The notes beneath the pieces were generated by a model. It was given only the letters and a program-made list of their open reading frames with translations, was not told the origin of the DNA and did no database searches. A program made the translations under genes and the position numbers. 64,000 nucleotides of DNA from Mantamonas sphyraenae STR306 (Eukaryota; Protista; CRuMs). Below are positions 49,854-61,681 of this stretch, in pieces. How positions within the stretch are numbered: position 1 is the first letter of the stretch; each line of letters starts with the position of its first letter. Location: assembly GCA_026936335.1 (NCBI GenBank), contig JAPMXV010000035.1, positions 1-64,000 of the forward strand, read 5' to 3'.

Positions 49854-51390
49854 TCACAGCCCCACCTTGCTCAACCATCCCAGCACCTGCTTCGAGTACC
49901 CAGCCTCACCCACGTGGTTGTACAGACCCGCATGCGGCGCTCCTTCGACCAGCCACAGCTTGGTTGGGCCCGCCGCAGACTTGGACATCTCCTCCGTGGC
50001 CGTGTACGGCACCATCTCGTCTGCCTTTCCATGGATCAGCATCAGCGGCGTTGCTTTGAGCTGTGTCACCGCCTCGATGGGCTCCGGAAGTGCCATCTTG
50101 GCCGGGAACGCACGCTGCATCCTCTGTGAGCACGTTTTCCACATGGTCGACGCCCACGCACCGTCCTTGTCCTGTGTGTCTGCCTTCTTCTTCTCGCTGC
50201 TGCCTTTCTTCTTGCCATCCCCGTTTGCCTGCTTGCTCGTCCCTGTGCTGGCCACCGTGCCGTTGCGAAGCTGCGCCACAAAGTCTTGCGCCAAACTGGC
50301 CACGTGCTCTCCCACACACGTTGCCATGCTCCATCCTCGCAGAGCTGCTTCCTTGCCCTCGGCCACAAGCCCCAGTGTCTCATGCTCGTATGTCGCTCGC
50401 TGTCGCATGCGCCACAGAGTGACGTTGATCAGCGCGTCGATAACCTCCTCGGGGAATCGAACATACTTGTGCAGGAATGCGTGCACAGGGTCGTCCTTCT
50501 TGTTCAGTCCTGCAAACTTGCCTGTGTTCAGCGCCGTCGTAAAGGCGTACTTCAGTGCAAGGAAGCGACACTGGAACGGGTTCTCCGCCACCACAGCGTT
50601 CACCTCACCCTTCTTGGCCAACGCGGCCGCCATGATTGACGACGCTCCACCCTGGCTCGACCCAAACAGAACCACTGTGCGTTGGCCGCGCTCACTGCGC
50701 ACCCATCGCACTGCAGACAGCACGTCCTCGTGCTCACGCAGTCCAAGCGTGATCCCTCGCTGACGCCCGTCGCTCAGGCCGTGCTCACGGCAGTCAAACT
50801 GCAGCACGTTGTACCCTGCCTTGTGGAAGTACGCTGCGTGACGCGAAAACTCACGCCTGTCCATGCCTGTCCTCATGCGTGTGTGTGTGTGAGTGTCAAC
50901 GACGACACGATGTGCCGACCCGAAAACCCCCACACCTCGGCCTCCGCAAACACACCTGCTCCGTGGACGCCCACCACCACCTTGCTGCTCGCCTTGGCTG
51001 CTTTGATGTACCATCCTCGCAACGTGCGGTTCGCATTGGCCGACGCAAAAGACACCTCTTCATACGCCAAGCCTTGGTCTGCGCACAGGTGGACGGAAAG
51101 GCGCCGGAAAAGTGTCAGCCGCTGGGTGAAGACGTGGCACCACGTGTCCCGCCCCGCTTTCCAAACACACCTTCCTTCGGGTTGTTCATGTGCACCAGAA
51201 GCTTCTGGAACTTGTGGGTTGCCGGAAACACCTTGAGTGCAGAGGTGTGCGTCGCGTTGTGTGGCGGGTTGTTTGTGCCCTGGTACCACTTGGGCACCAC
51301 GGCTCGTTGGCTGATGTAGAACGCCACAAAGGACGTCGACAGCAGCGCGGCTGCCATGATTGTGCATACGGCCTGCGAACAGCTCACCAT
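49854..51390 (-). CDS. Alpha/beta hydrolase with N-terminal anchor
   Basis: LRGWY, VHGAG, FDCREHGLSDG, GSSQGG nucleophile, IHGKADEMVP, GAPH; two introns. Confidence 0.88.
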
Positions 51391-51461
51391 GGTTGTGTTG
51401 GCGGCGCCTGGGAGACTCTCCCCGCCCCGCTCACCCACACACACCATTTCCTACCCCGACA

Positions 51462-54400
51462 ATGAGCGACATCCGTGTGTTTGTGGTCGTGCATTCCAAC
51501 CATGCGCAGCTGGAAAACGTGCTGCCGTTCCTGCAACGCTTCGGCGGCGTCTGCTTCCTTCCCGACTTTAATACGTTTGGCCACGTGCTCAAGCGTGACT
51601 ACTTTGACCAGCTGGACAATGTGCAGTGTGTCGATTACACGCTGGAAAATCTGGTGCAGGCTGTCGTCAATGCTGCCGGCCAACGCATCGTCTTTGTGCT
51701 CACCGCCAGCTCCAACTATCGCTACGGAGAGTTCCAGAAGCAGCTCTTTGAGCAACTCCAGTCGCTCATGCCCGACCGCATTGCAGACGTATTCGCTGCT
51801 GGCCATTGTATGTATGGTTGCACCAGCTGTGGCCACCACGAACACCGTGTGCCGTACAAGTTTTCTCGCTTCGTCAACGGCACCCTCGAGTACAACACCC
51901 AGGACGTGTTGGAAACACATTGGCCACGATGGTCCAGTGAACAGTCGTCCTCCTCCTCGGGCAAGGTGTTCCGCGTGCTCATCGCCCCATCTGTGGGCCA
52001 GTACAGCTTCTTGATGCGTCCGGGCTTCATGCACAGCCTCCTCGCCTGGAAAGAGCACCCCAATGTGGAGATTGTGGTCAAGCTCCACGGGTTCTGCTTT
52101 CCCACAAACGAAGACATCCAGTTGCACGACGACCGCGTGCACCCATTCCTGGCACTGAGCAGCGTCGAGCAGCAGAACGTCGCCATCCTCAACGCAAACT
52201 TTGAGTGCACCGGTATCCAAGAGCACAACATCTTGCCCTTCCTCGATGCCTGCGATGCCGTCATCACCGATGTCGACTCATCCGTGGCCTTTGAGGCCCT
52301 CTACTTCCACCCGATTGTCGTCATGGCCTTTGAGGACGTTACGGCCGCCACATTGGAGTCGGACTACTTGGACCGCTTGCAAACATTTGCTACACCCGGT
52401 GGGCTGGACTCGTTGCTCCAGGGCCTGGTGGATGAAGAGATAGAGCCGCGCGACTCGCGTGACTTTTTTGCAAGTGTGTACGGCGAAGTGAGTGGCAACG
52501 AACTGCAGCAGATTGTGGAATCACGTGGTTGGATGCGTGAGCTAGCCAATCCCGTGCAGATGGACGTGGATCAGGTGATGGCTGAGGTGAACAAGGCGTT
52601 TGGATACGAGATGATGGTACACGAGTGCATGGCCATCGGCACGCCCATTCTCGATGTGAACGTGCGCATGAGCGAGTTTGTGCAATTGTACGGCCAAGCT
52701 CTGACAAACATTGGCATGCCGCGGGCTCTGTGGCATGTCTTTCGCAACAAACTTGCGGGAACGGTGTTTGATGCCGGCGACTCGTTCCAGTTCGTGGTGG
52801 ACGAAGAGGGCCAGATGAAAGTCGCCGTGTCTGCCTCGGGAGGATTGAAGGCCGAGCAGGATGTGTGGCTCATTGACCACGCCGTGACGTTTGCGTTGGC
52901 CGAGTTGCCCATGATGGTTGCCCAGGTGCCGCAGATTGCAGAACGCATGGAAAGCCTTGTTGGCATCGAGTACGAGCCTGCAGACACGTTTGATGAATCC
53001 CCGCAGACAGAGTTTGAAAGCAGTGCCGAGGAACCGAGCCGTGCCCCGCATCTGGGCGACCTGTGCGAGGCTGCAGGCATTTCCTTGGAAGGCCTGGATC
53101 AGGTGCAGCTGGCCGATACCGACACGTTGAAGGTATGGTGGCAGATGAAGCCATGTCAGGTGTATTTGCGCATCTTTCCATGTTGGAAAGCCTTGATCTG
53201 GACGATCTGCCCGTGCAAAATCTGCGCCAAGCCAACCTGGGTCTCCTGTGCCCCAACCTGGAAGCTCTCAGCCTGTGGTCGTGTCCTGTGCACTCGTTGG
53301 ATGACGTGTGCGAGGCACTGAGAGAGCTACCCTCCCTGAAAGCCCTGTGGCTGAACGACACCCCGTTGTACGCACACTGGTACGGCCAGAGCGACACAGC
53401 GTGCGGCCGTGGGTTCGGCTTCCCTTCTCCCAGCAGCAGCGAGTACACACAACGTATCCTGGAGGCTGCCCCTCAGCTGCAGATCCTGGATCGCTTCCTG
53501 TGTCCAGGATACGGCGAGTGGGCCATGATGCAGGTGCTGGACGGCACTCCCAGCAACAGCATGGTCGATCTGACGAACCGTGGCATCCAGAACATCAATG
53601 ACGCCTTTGTGGCCTGTGTGGCTGCTCGCCATCCCGTGGGATTGGACCTTCGTGGCAACCACCGATTGCAGCTGGACGATGGCAACTTGACGCGGCTGAC
53701 GCAATTGTTGCAGCCACGAGCCTACCTCCTGCGTACGTTGGCCATGGATTGCGATGTGACGCCCTTGGTAAAGGCTTTGCCCGCGTTCCGGGGATTTGCA
53801 AACGGAGTGCACATGCTGCAACCCGATTTGAACGAGGAGGTGTGCAGGCGATACGCCACTCTCGTAGACAACATGTGGAGGCGCGTGGGCAACTTTCGAG
53901 TGCTGGATGCCAGTGCATTCGATGGCACTGGACTGCGCGAAGGATCTCTGCGATTCTGTAGGTTGAACGTGGCCGGTTTTGGGGGGGGGGTGCTCACCGA
54001 CACTCGATGCACACACGCACACTCACATTCACACTCACAATGACACACACACACAGACCTGTTGGACGAGTTTGGCTCGGCCATTGGCCACAGCAAGGAT
54101 GCCAATGTACGTGTAGCAACCGTGCTCCAGGTGGAGACAAACATGGCGTACGGGGTCATGTGGACCACGCGCGACTTGAACGAGCTAGACGTGGTGCTGC
54201 GCGATCATGCGTTTGGCTACCGCGACGAAGTGCCACCCATGCAGCAGGCGGCATTGGAGGTGCTGTGGGGCCATGCAACGGAGGATGAGGTGCAGTCCAT
54301 GCATGGCCTGCTTCAAACCCACCGCCAGAATCTGGCCCAGATCACCGAATCAGCACACGGCAGCACAGCCCCGTCCAAGGCCAAGAGCACATCCACACAC

Positions 54401-55474
54401 ACGTCTGATGAAGGGGACAGAAGCGGAAGCAGCTCCGGCGGCGGCGGAGGAGGGCGCAAGGTGCGTGTTTACACGGATTTGGACCTGGTCAGCAACAATC
54501 TCAACGTGGATGCAGAACGCTACGAGTTTGTGCTGCGATGGCAGGACGCCGAGTGGATCTTTTGCACGCAGGAGTTTTTAGCGTTCCGCAGGCTACGAGA
54601 CAACCAGCTGGTGAACCAGTTTGAGGGCGAGACATGCTTGACCTTCAAGAACAAGCTTGTGGCCACGGTGGAGAGCGGCCTGGGCCAGCCTGCATGGATG
54701 CCAGTCAGCTACGATCTGACAAAGGATTTGGCCTTGTTCGTGGCCGACTTCCAGCAGCGACAGGTGGCTGGACAGGACAACCACTGGATTGTGAAGCCGT
54801 GGAATGCAGCCAGAGGCATCGAAATCACAGTTGTCAACACGTGTGACGCCGTCCTCAAGCTGTCCTCCACCGGACCCAAGATTGTCAGCAAGTACGTGGA
54901 AAGGCCCCTGCTGTTCCGCAAGGCCAAGTTTGACCTGCGCTACATCACCATGGTGGTGCCCAAGGAGGACGGAGACATCGACGTGGTCAATTACCGCATG
55001 TTCTGGATTCGCTGTGCAAACCACGCCTTTTCTTTGGACACGCTGGACGACTACGAAAAGCACTTTACGGTCATGAACTACACACCAGGGGCACATATGA
55101 CCCAGATCCTGTTTACCGACTTTATCGCCGAGCTGGAGGAGGAGAACGGACATGCATTCGACTGGTGGGCGGACATCCAGCCTCGCATCAACAGCGCCTT
55201 TCGCGAATGTTTTGTCGCTGCCACGCGCGCCCCACAGGGAATCGACGTTTCCTCGGGAGTCAATACGCAGTGCCGGGGCATCTACGGCATGGATGTCATG
55301 CTGGACGAGGATCTGCAGCCCATCTTGCTCGAGGTCAACTTTAGCCCCGACTGCATCCGTGCCTGCAACTATGACGGTCATTTTTACGAAAACGTCTTTC
55401 AGGTGCTGTTTACCAGTGATTGGAAGAAGAACGAGGACGTGATGGCTTCTGTGCAGCTGTGCGACGCATTGTGA
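51462..55474 (+). CDS. TTLL12: TTLL12-like tubulin-tyrosine-ligase family protein with N-terminal TagF/TagB-like GT-B domain and LRR insert
   Basis: LWHVFRNKL...FDAGDSF, VWLIDHA, YLLDEFGSAIGHS, WIVKPWNAARG, KFDLRYI, LLEVNFSPDC; intron 53958-54056; apparent frameshift ~53132. Confidence 0.85.
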
Positions 55475-55571
55475 CGAAACTTCATTGTTGGCCGTGAAAC
55501 GATGGCCACTGTGTCGAGGCAGTGGTTGTGCAGAGCCCTTTCGAGTTTTTGCAATGCAATTTGGAATCCAA

Positions 55572-56306
55572 TCAGAGCTCGGTCTTGGCGTGGACGTCGG
55601 CGAGCACAGAAGCTCGGTTTGCAACCACGTTCCAGTCGATGATGGCCAGCAGCATGTCCAGATACGTGCCACGCTCCTTCTGGTGATCCAAATAGTAGGC
55701 GTGCTCCCACACGTCGAGCGTGAGGATGGGCTCAGCAACAGGGAGATCCTGGTTTGCGCTTGTTTCGAGGTGGAATTTTCCGGCCTGCACGTCGAACGTC
55801 AGCCACGCCCATCCACTGCCAAACACACCCAGGGATGCGCGCTTGAGCTTGTCTTTGAGACAAAGGGAGCTCTCGCAGCCCAGGTCGGTGAGGACCTTTG
55901 CGAGCACGGCGTTGTCGCGGTCGAACGTCGTCGGCCCCTTTGCCAGCTGTTCAAAGAAGAGAGCATGGTTGATGTAGCCTCCACCGTTGTTGCACAGAGC
56001 ACGCTTGACGTCCTCCGGAGCGTTGAATGTCTTGCAGCGGCGTACGAGCTCGTAGGCCGGAAGCTGGGCGGCTTCCGGATCGGACACCACCAGCGAGCGG
56101 ATGGCGTTGTTGAACTTTGTGGCGTAGCCCGGGAAATGGCCGTTGTGGTGAGCCAGCATGGTGGATGCAGAGATCCACGGCTCGTGGGCTGCGGCTTCGT
56201 CCTTGCTGAGTTTCTGGACGGAGACTTGGGTCACGTCGACGGCGGAGCAGGCCAGAGCCACTGCGAGCAGCACAAGCACAGTGCGAACGGTCAAGCGAAC
56301 GTGCAT
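55572..56306 (-). CDS. Fe/Mn superoxide dismutase (Mn-type signature) with signal peptide
   Basis: HHNGHFPGY, NNGGGYINH, FGSGWAWL, NQD, DVWEHAYY; hydrophobic N-terminus VLVLLAVALACSA. Confidence 0.92.
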   Translation of the reverse strand: MHVRLTVRTVLVLLAVALACSAVDVTQVSVQKLSKDEAAAHEPWISASTMLAHHNGHFPGYATKFNNAIRSLVVSDPEAAQLPAYELVRRCKTFNAPEDVKRALCNNGGGYINHALFFEQLAKGPTTFDRDNAVLAKVLTDLGCESSLCLKDKLKRASLGVFGSGWAWLTFDVQAGKFHLETSANQDLPVAEPILTLDVWEHAYYLDHQKERGTYLDMLLAIIDWNVVANRASVLADVHAKTEL

Positions 56307-56423
56307 GATGGTCACAACAAGGAGCAATGGAAAAGAAAAGTTGCTGGCGGAAGCGGGAGCTTTTTGTCTTCTACCCCCGACCTTCACGCCAATTCTCCTC
56401 ACACCACTGCGGCTGCCGCCCAC

Positions 56424-58385
56424 TCAGTTGCTGTTGGAGCTGGAGCCCTCCGCCTGGGCCTTCTTGGATTCCGCACGCTTCTTTTCCCTGTTGGCAATGT
56501 TCTTCAGCTCCTTCTTGTCGAGCTCTGCAGTTGCCGGCAGGAACTTGATGCCACCCATGTAGGGCTGCAGCACCGTGGGCACGATCAAACCACGCTGCGG
56601 CTCATCGTCCTGTGTGTGTGTGTGTGTGTGTGTGCAGTGCAATGGCGTAAGCACCGTTGCCGCGCAATCAAAACACATAGTCGCTCTTCACACACGCCGT
56701 TGCAGTGTGCTGTGCAGCGCCCAGCCATGTGTGCCGTGCACGCCCTCACACAATGATGGGGCGTATACACGTAGGCAGGGTCTCAGGGCAATAGGTTTTG
56801 TCCGCAGGCTCGTGGTCATAACACAAACTCGGATCTCAAAGATTATTTGCTAGCATCCTTGACGGGCGGGACGCAACAGCAGCACACGCAACGGCATACA
56901 CAGCAAATCGCATGCACATCCACACACAAACTTACCTCGTTCTCCTTGTAGTCCTCGACAAAGTAGTTCTCGACGATGCAGCACAGCGTGCGCTCGGTGG
57001 CGCACATGGTGCCGTTGAGCATGTGCACATACTGCTTGGCATGCTCGCCCTTCTTCTTGGTGCCCAGGCGCACCTCAAGGTTGCGGGACTGATAGTCGGT
57101 GCAGTTGGAGCACGACACCAGTTCGCGGAAGGTCCCCGTGGTCGGGAACCACGCCTCCAGATCGTACTTCTTGGACGCAGCGTTGTTCAGCTCGCCCGAC
57201 ACAATGTTGATGACGCGGTAGGGCAGCTCCAGGGCCTCGTAAAACTCCTGCGAGGTGTGGATCATCTCCTCGAGCATGTCCCACGACTCGTCCGGGTGGC
57301 ACACAATGAACTGCTCCACCTTTTCAAACTGGTGGATGCGGAAGAGACCCCAAGCGTCTTTGCCGTGCTTGCCAGCCTCTTTCCTGAAGCAGGTGGAGTA
57401 ACCGGCGTAGCGGATGGGCAGCGACTTTTCGTCCATCCACTCGTTCATGTGGAAGGCAGAGATGGGCTGCTCCGACGTGGCAATGAGGTACTTGTCCTCT
57501 GCGCCCTCGGTTTCGTCGTCGTTGGAGGCCGACACGTGGTACAGAGCCTCGTCAAACTCCTCCAGCTGAGCTGTCTTGGCCATCACTGACTTCTTCATGA
57601 AGAAAGGCGGCTGGATGGGAGTGTACTTCTTGCCCACCAACGTGGAGAGACCAAACGAGATCAGGGCCTGGTTGAGCAGCAGACCCGGACCGGTGAGGAA
57701 GTAACCGCGGTGGCCGACCAGGTTTGCACCCCGGTTGCCGTCGTACATCTCCATCATCTGCATGATGTGATGGTGGTCAAACTTCTGCTCGCCTCGAGAC
57801 TCAATGAGCTCCTCACCCCACGTGGCCACAGTCACAGAGTCCTCCTCCTCGTTGTTGGACACCGGCACGTCGTCGGCCACCAGGTTGCCAATCTGACCCT
57901 GGTACTTGAGACGCTCTGCCAGCAGATCCTTGGACACCTCCTTCAGTTCCACCATCTGTGAGGTGTGGTATCGGCATGAACACGTAGGTAGAGGTGTGTG
58001 CACACTCGCGAGTCAGCACAGCTGTCGTGTACGGCCGCGGCAAGTGGAGCGAATGCAAAATCCAAATTCGACGAACTGAACGCTTCTGCGGGCGCCTGCA
58101 GGCGCGGCAGAGTCACACACTGACCTTGGCATCCACCTCGGCAACCTTCTGCATGAGCTCCTCGGGCGGCTCCTCCTTCTTCTTCTTGTACGAGCCGATC
58201 TCCTTGCTGAGGAGACGCTTCTCCTTGCTGGCCTCGCTGGCGTCGAACTCGGCCTTGCGCCAGGCCTCGTCGAGCTCAATCACCTTGTCCACCAGGGACA
58301 CGTCCGCAAAGCGCTTCTCCTGCGACTGACGGATGAGGTCGGGCTCGCCGCCCTTGTCCGCACGGAACAGTTGAATATCAAGCAT
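56424..58385 (-). CDS. SARS: Cytosolic seryl-tRNA synthetase
   Basis: MLDIQLFR, LIATSEQP, FRKEAG...GLFRIHQFEKVEQF, ELVSCSNCTDYQSR, HMLNGTMCATER; introns ~57957-58123 and ~56610-56935. Confidence 0.97.
56725..56860 (-). ncRNA. Candidate intronic H/ACA-like snoRNA in the last SerRS intron
   Basis: Hairpin (56801-56833), ACAAAA (H-box-like), hairpin (56732-56777), ACA, all on the sense strand; folded by eye only. Confidence 0.3.
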
Positions 58386-58563
58386 GAAAGCGAAGTTGTT
58401 CGGGGTGGCTGCCTCGTCGCACGTGGCCACTGCATCATTCAATGAGCCGGCGGAACAAGGGAGGACAGCAAAGCAGTGGATGCCCTGGTTTGTGTTTGCC
58501 GATTTGCATTTGCCAAGGAACCCACGAACCTGAGGAAGTGCCTGCGAAGGAAGAGCCAAGCAG

Positions 58564-60068
58564 ATGGAACGGGAGGTGTTGGCGATAGCCACCGACAGCG
58601 GCACTTGCCTGCTCAACACCAACACGAACGATGCAACCAACATGCGCTCCATGGCACAGATGGTGGTGAGCATGAGCACGTTCCTGAACAGGTGTGTGGT
58701 GGACGAGACGGCACGATTCGTCGGTTGCAAGACGCGCGCTTACACTCGCACCCGAGCACCCACCACGACACACAGTCCAGACGTTGTACACATGCACATA
58801 GGCGATTACGTGGTGACAGTCGTGGACAGGGCTGCGTTTGTTGTGTTTGCCGTGCACAAGGCAAAGCAAGACGACGCACAACGGCAAGCGACAACGGTTC
58901 TGGTGCGTTTCAATGAAAACGACCTCGGCACAGCAAGGACGATGCACTGACGCACTCGCTCGCTCATACACAGAAATGCATGCAGGTGGCACATGTGTGC
59001 AGCAGGCTGTACAAGAGTACGCTGCTGGCGTTGTCCAAGGAGGACAAGAAGAGAACGGAGGAGCTGGTGCACTCGTTCACCGTACAAACAGAGCTCCAGT
59101 TTGACGAGCGCCAACAACGGGGCACCATCGAAGCATTGCAAGAGTTGCACCACGCCTACGTCGAACCTCTCATGCAGCAGGAGGCCACATATGACCAATT
59201 GTGGATGGATGCGTTTGGCTTGTGCAGCGAGCACGCTGGCGTCTTGCGCTGTTGCCTCCTCGATGCACATACAAAGACCCTTCTGGCCACCAGCACCGAT
59301 CTGTGCCAAGACCACACAGCTTCACATATAGATGAGGCCTCTGCGCCCCACTTTCATGCCAACCTCATGCAGGAGGTGTCTGAATTCCTGGAAACGGGGG
59401 ACAAGCTGCGCACCCTGCGAGCCGTGGGTCATTCCGTGGACAACCTCTGCCTAGCCCTGCGTTTGGTTCGTGTCATGGACGCTCCCAGTTGCTTATTATT
59501 GTATCATATCCACGGAGCGATGGCAGAGGAGGCCGACAATCCTCTGGTTGAAAACGACGACGACGACGCTGTGCTGCATGTGCGCTCTGACAGCTTTGCT
59601 CTCACTGAGTACACCCACGACACAGAGGATCCGCTGTTGCGTGCCTTGCACAACACAGCCAAGCTGATTTCCCAGAGCTTTCCGGCCTCCATGAAGACGC
59701 TCCCAAAGGTCCTGCGCTCTGTCTCCTCGCAGCCTCCCGAGCAGGAGTCGTACGACCATAACGAGTCGCTGGCCATGGCCAAAGACAGCACAGGTGGCAT
59801 GGTGCTTGTGCCCACGCGCGCAGCCAACGCAAGCAGTGACGAAGAGGAGGAGGAGGAAGACGAGGACGACGAGCAAGTTGACGACGACAACGGCGACGAC
59901 GAACCTCGCCCGCCTGTGCGCAGTCGCCTTCAAATGGCCAAAGAGGAAGCCATGCTTCCTTCCTCATCCTCCTCATCCTCCTCCTCCTCCTCCTCCTCCT
60001 CATCGTCGTCTTCAAAGGCAAACGCGATCAAACCGCGTCCCCCAATGCAACCAAAACCCCCGTCGTAA
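58564..60068 (+). CDS. Hypothetical protein, possible N-terminal longin/roadblock-like domain
   Basis: Three exons joined by GT-AG introns; LAIATDSGTCLL strand followed by a helix and beta hairpins. Confidence 0.55.
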
Positions 60069-60148
60069 TCCAAAAGCCGACGCAAACAAACACGCAGACT
60101 CACGCATCAGTGAATCCCTCTATTGTAATCTCATCTTCAATCTCTTCA

Positions 60149-61628
60149 ATGCCGACCGACAAGGTGTCTGTATTTTGGGAGGGTCTGCTTCGTGGCGTTG
60201 CTCGCCTGCAGGCAGACGTGACCACTTTGCGCGATTCGGGTGTTTTGGACGACGAATTGGCCGGTGTGGCAGAGGCAGTGGCAAACTTGGACGACGTTTG
60301 CAACACCGTGGCCTCGCAGATCCAGGGTCTGCGTGAGCTGCCGACCCGCAGCGAAAACCTGGCCTTTGAGCTGCAGCAGATTCTTGCGCAGGGCATCAAC
60401 TCGGCGTGGGTGGTCATCCGCGAGATGAATTCTGTGACCAAGGGCGATCTGCGCGCAAGTGCGGCGCTCTACAAGCGCGAAATTGCTCGTTTCAGCGCGC
60501 AGGTGCTGGACACGGCGCGCAACCTGGCCACTGTGGTGTTGCTCGACCAGCATCACAACAAGGATCTGGCTTCCTTTGTGCTGGGAGACGCTCCGGCGTG
60601 GCACAAGTATGTGACCATGTCCGAAAAGGGCACAGAGGCCGTGCAGGAATTGGGCAGCGAATCCTCAGAATCGCCCAGTACGACAAACACCGCCCTTCCC
60701 GAGGAGTTGCCCAGGCGGTGCTCGAAGCCAAGCAGTGCTTGCAAAAGCAGCTGGAAACAAACAAGGAGATCCGCCGTCTGGCCACAGGGCTGCTGGAGCT
60801 GCGCACCCTGCTGCGTACAACGGAAGGGCAGGTAGCCACGTGCGCGCAGGAGCTGACTGAGGCCAAGGCCACAGCTCAGAGGTTGGCCACGGCCATGGCA
60901 ACCGCCGACAAGATGCAGGAACTGGTGGTCAAGCTGGAGGACAAGCTGGCCAAGGCCAAGAAGGCAGGCCTCAAGGACGAGGACGAAGAGGTCCAAGCGC
61001 TGCAGAAGCGCATCAGTACCATCCGCGACCAGCACCACCTGTCTTCCGACGATGCCCTCGGTGCCAGGGCTCGTGAAGAGCAAGTCGCTATTGCGGGGAT
61101 GTTTGTCCGTGAGAAGACGCAGCAACACACGGAGCTCTGCGAGCACCAGACGATTCTGGCCCAACGCATCGACGACCAGCAGGCTGAGCTGGAGCAGCTG
61201 CGCATTGCCGCCGCCGAAGTGACCCAAAAGGCCTCGCTGGTGCTGGCTGAGGCTGCCGGTGCCACTGCGCTCGATGAGGCTGCCGTGGCTCGCCTCAAGA
61301 CCCTCAGCGAGTCGCTGGCACAGGAGCAGGCTTGGGAACAGGTGGAAACCGTGGCCAGCTCATCGTTGGCCTCGCCCTCTTTCTCATCGCCTTCCCCTTC
61401 CCCCTCTTCCTCCTCCTCCTCCTCCTCCTCCTCCTCTTTGCTGACAACGACGGCAAGTCCAGCGAGAATGCACAGAAGGATGAGGACGAGAGCGAGCGCA
61501 TGATCCGCACCTCCAACAGTCTCATGGATCTGACTCTGGGCGATGCACAGACCTCGCACACAATCGACATGCTCAACAGCTTTGTGTTTGTGGACTGGGA
61601 CGACGAAGATGGCTCCGCCACAGGTTGA
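60149..61628 (+). CDS. Coiled-coil hypothetical protein
   Basis: Three overlapping ORFs joined by apparent 1-nt deletions at ~60709 and ~61438; heptad-rich. Confidence 0.6.
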
Positions 61629-61681
61629 AATGAATGAAATCACAGGCCATGAATTGATCCTATCCCCCATGCACCCCACTG

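Noticed and set aside
56306-56426. SerRS TGA followed by 39 open in-frame codons into the SOD (readthrough fusion)
   Set aside because: Plausible by chance in GC-rich DNA; SOD has its own ATG and signal peptide
56760-56870. Short resemblance to U12/U6atac snRNA fragments
   Set aside because: Matches are only ~10 nt; no Sm site or conserved overall layout
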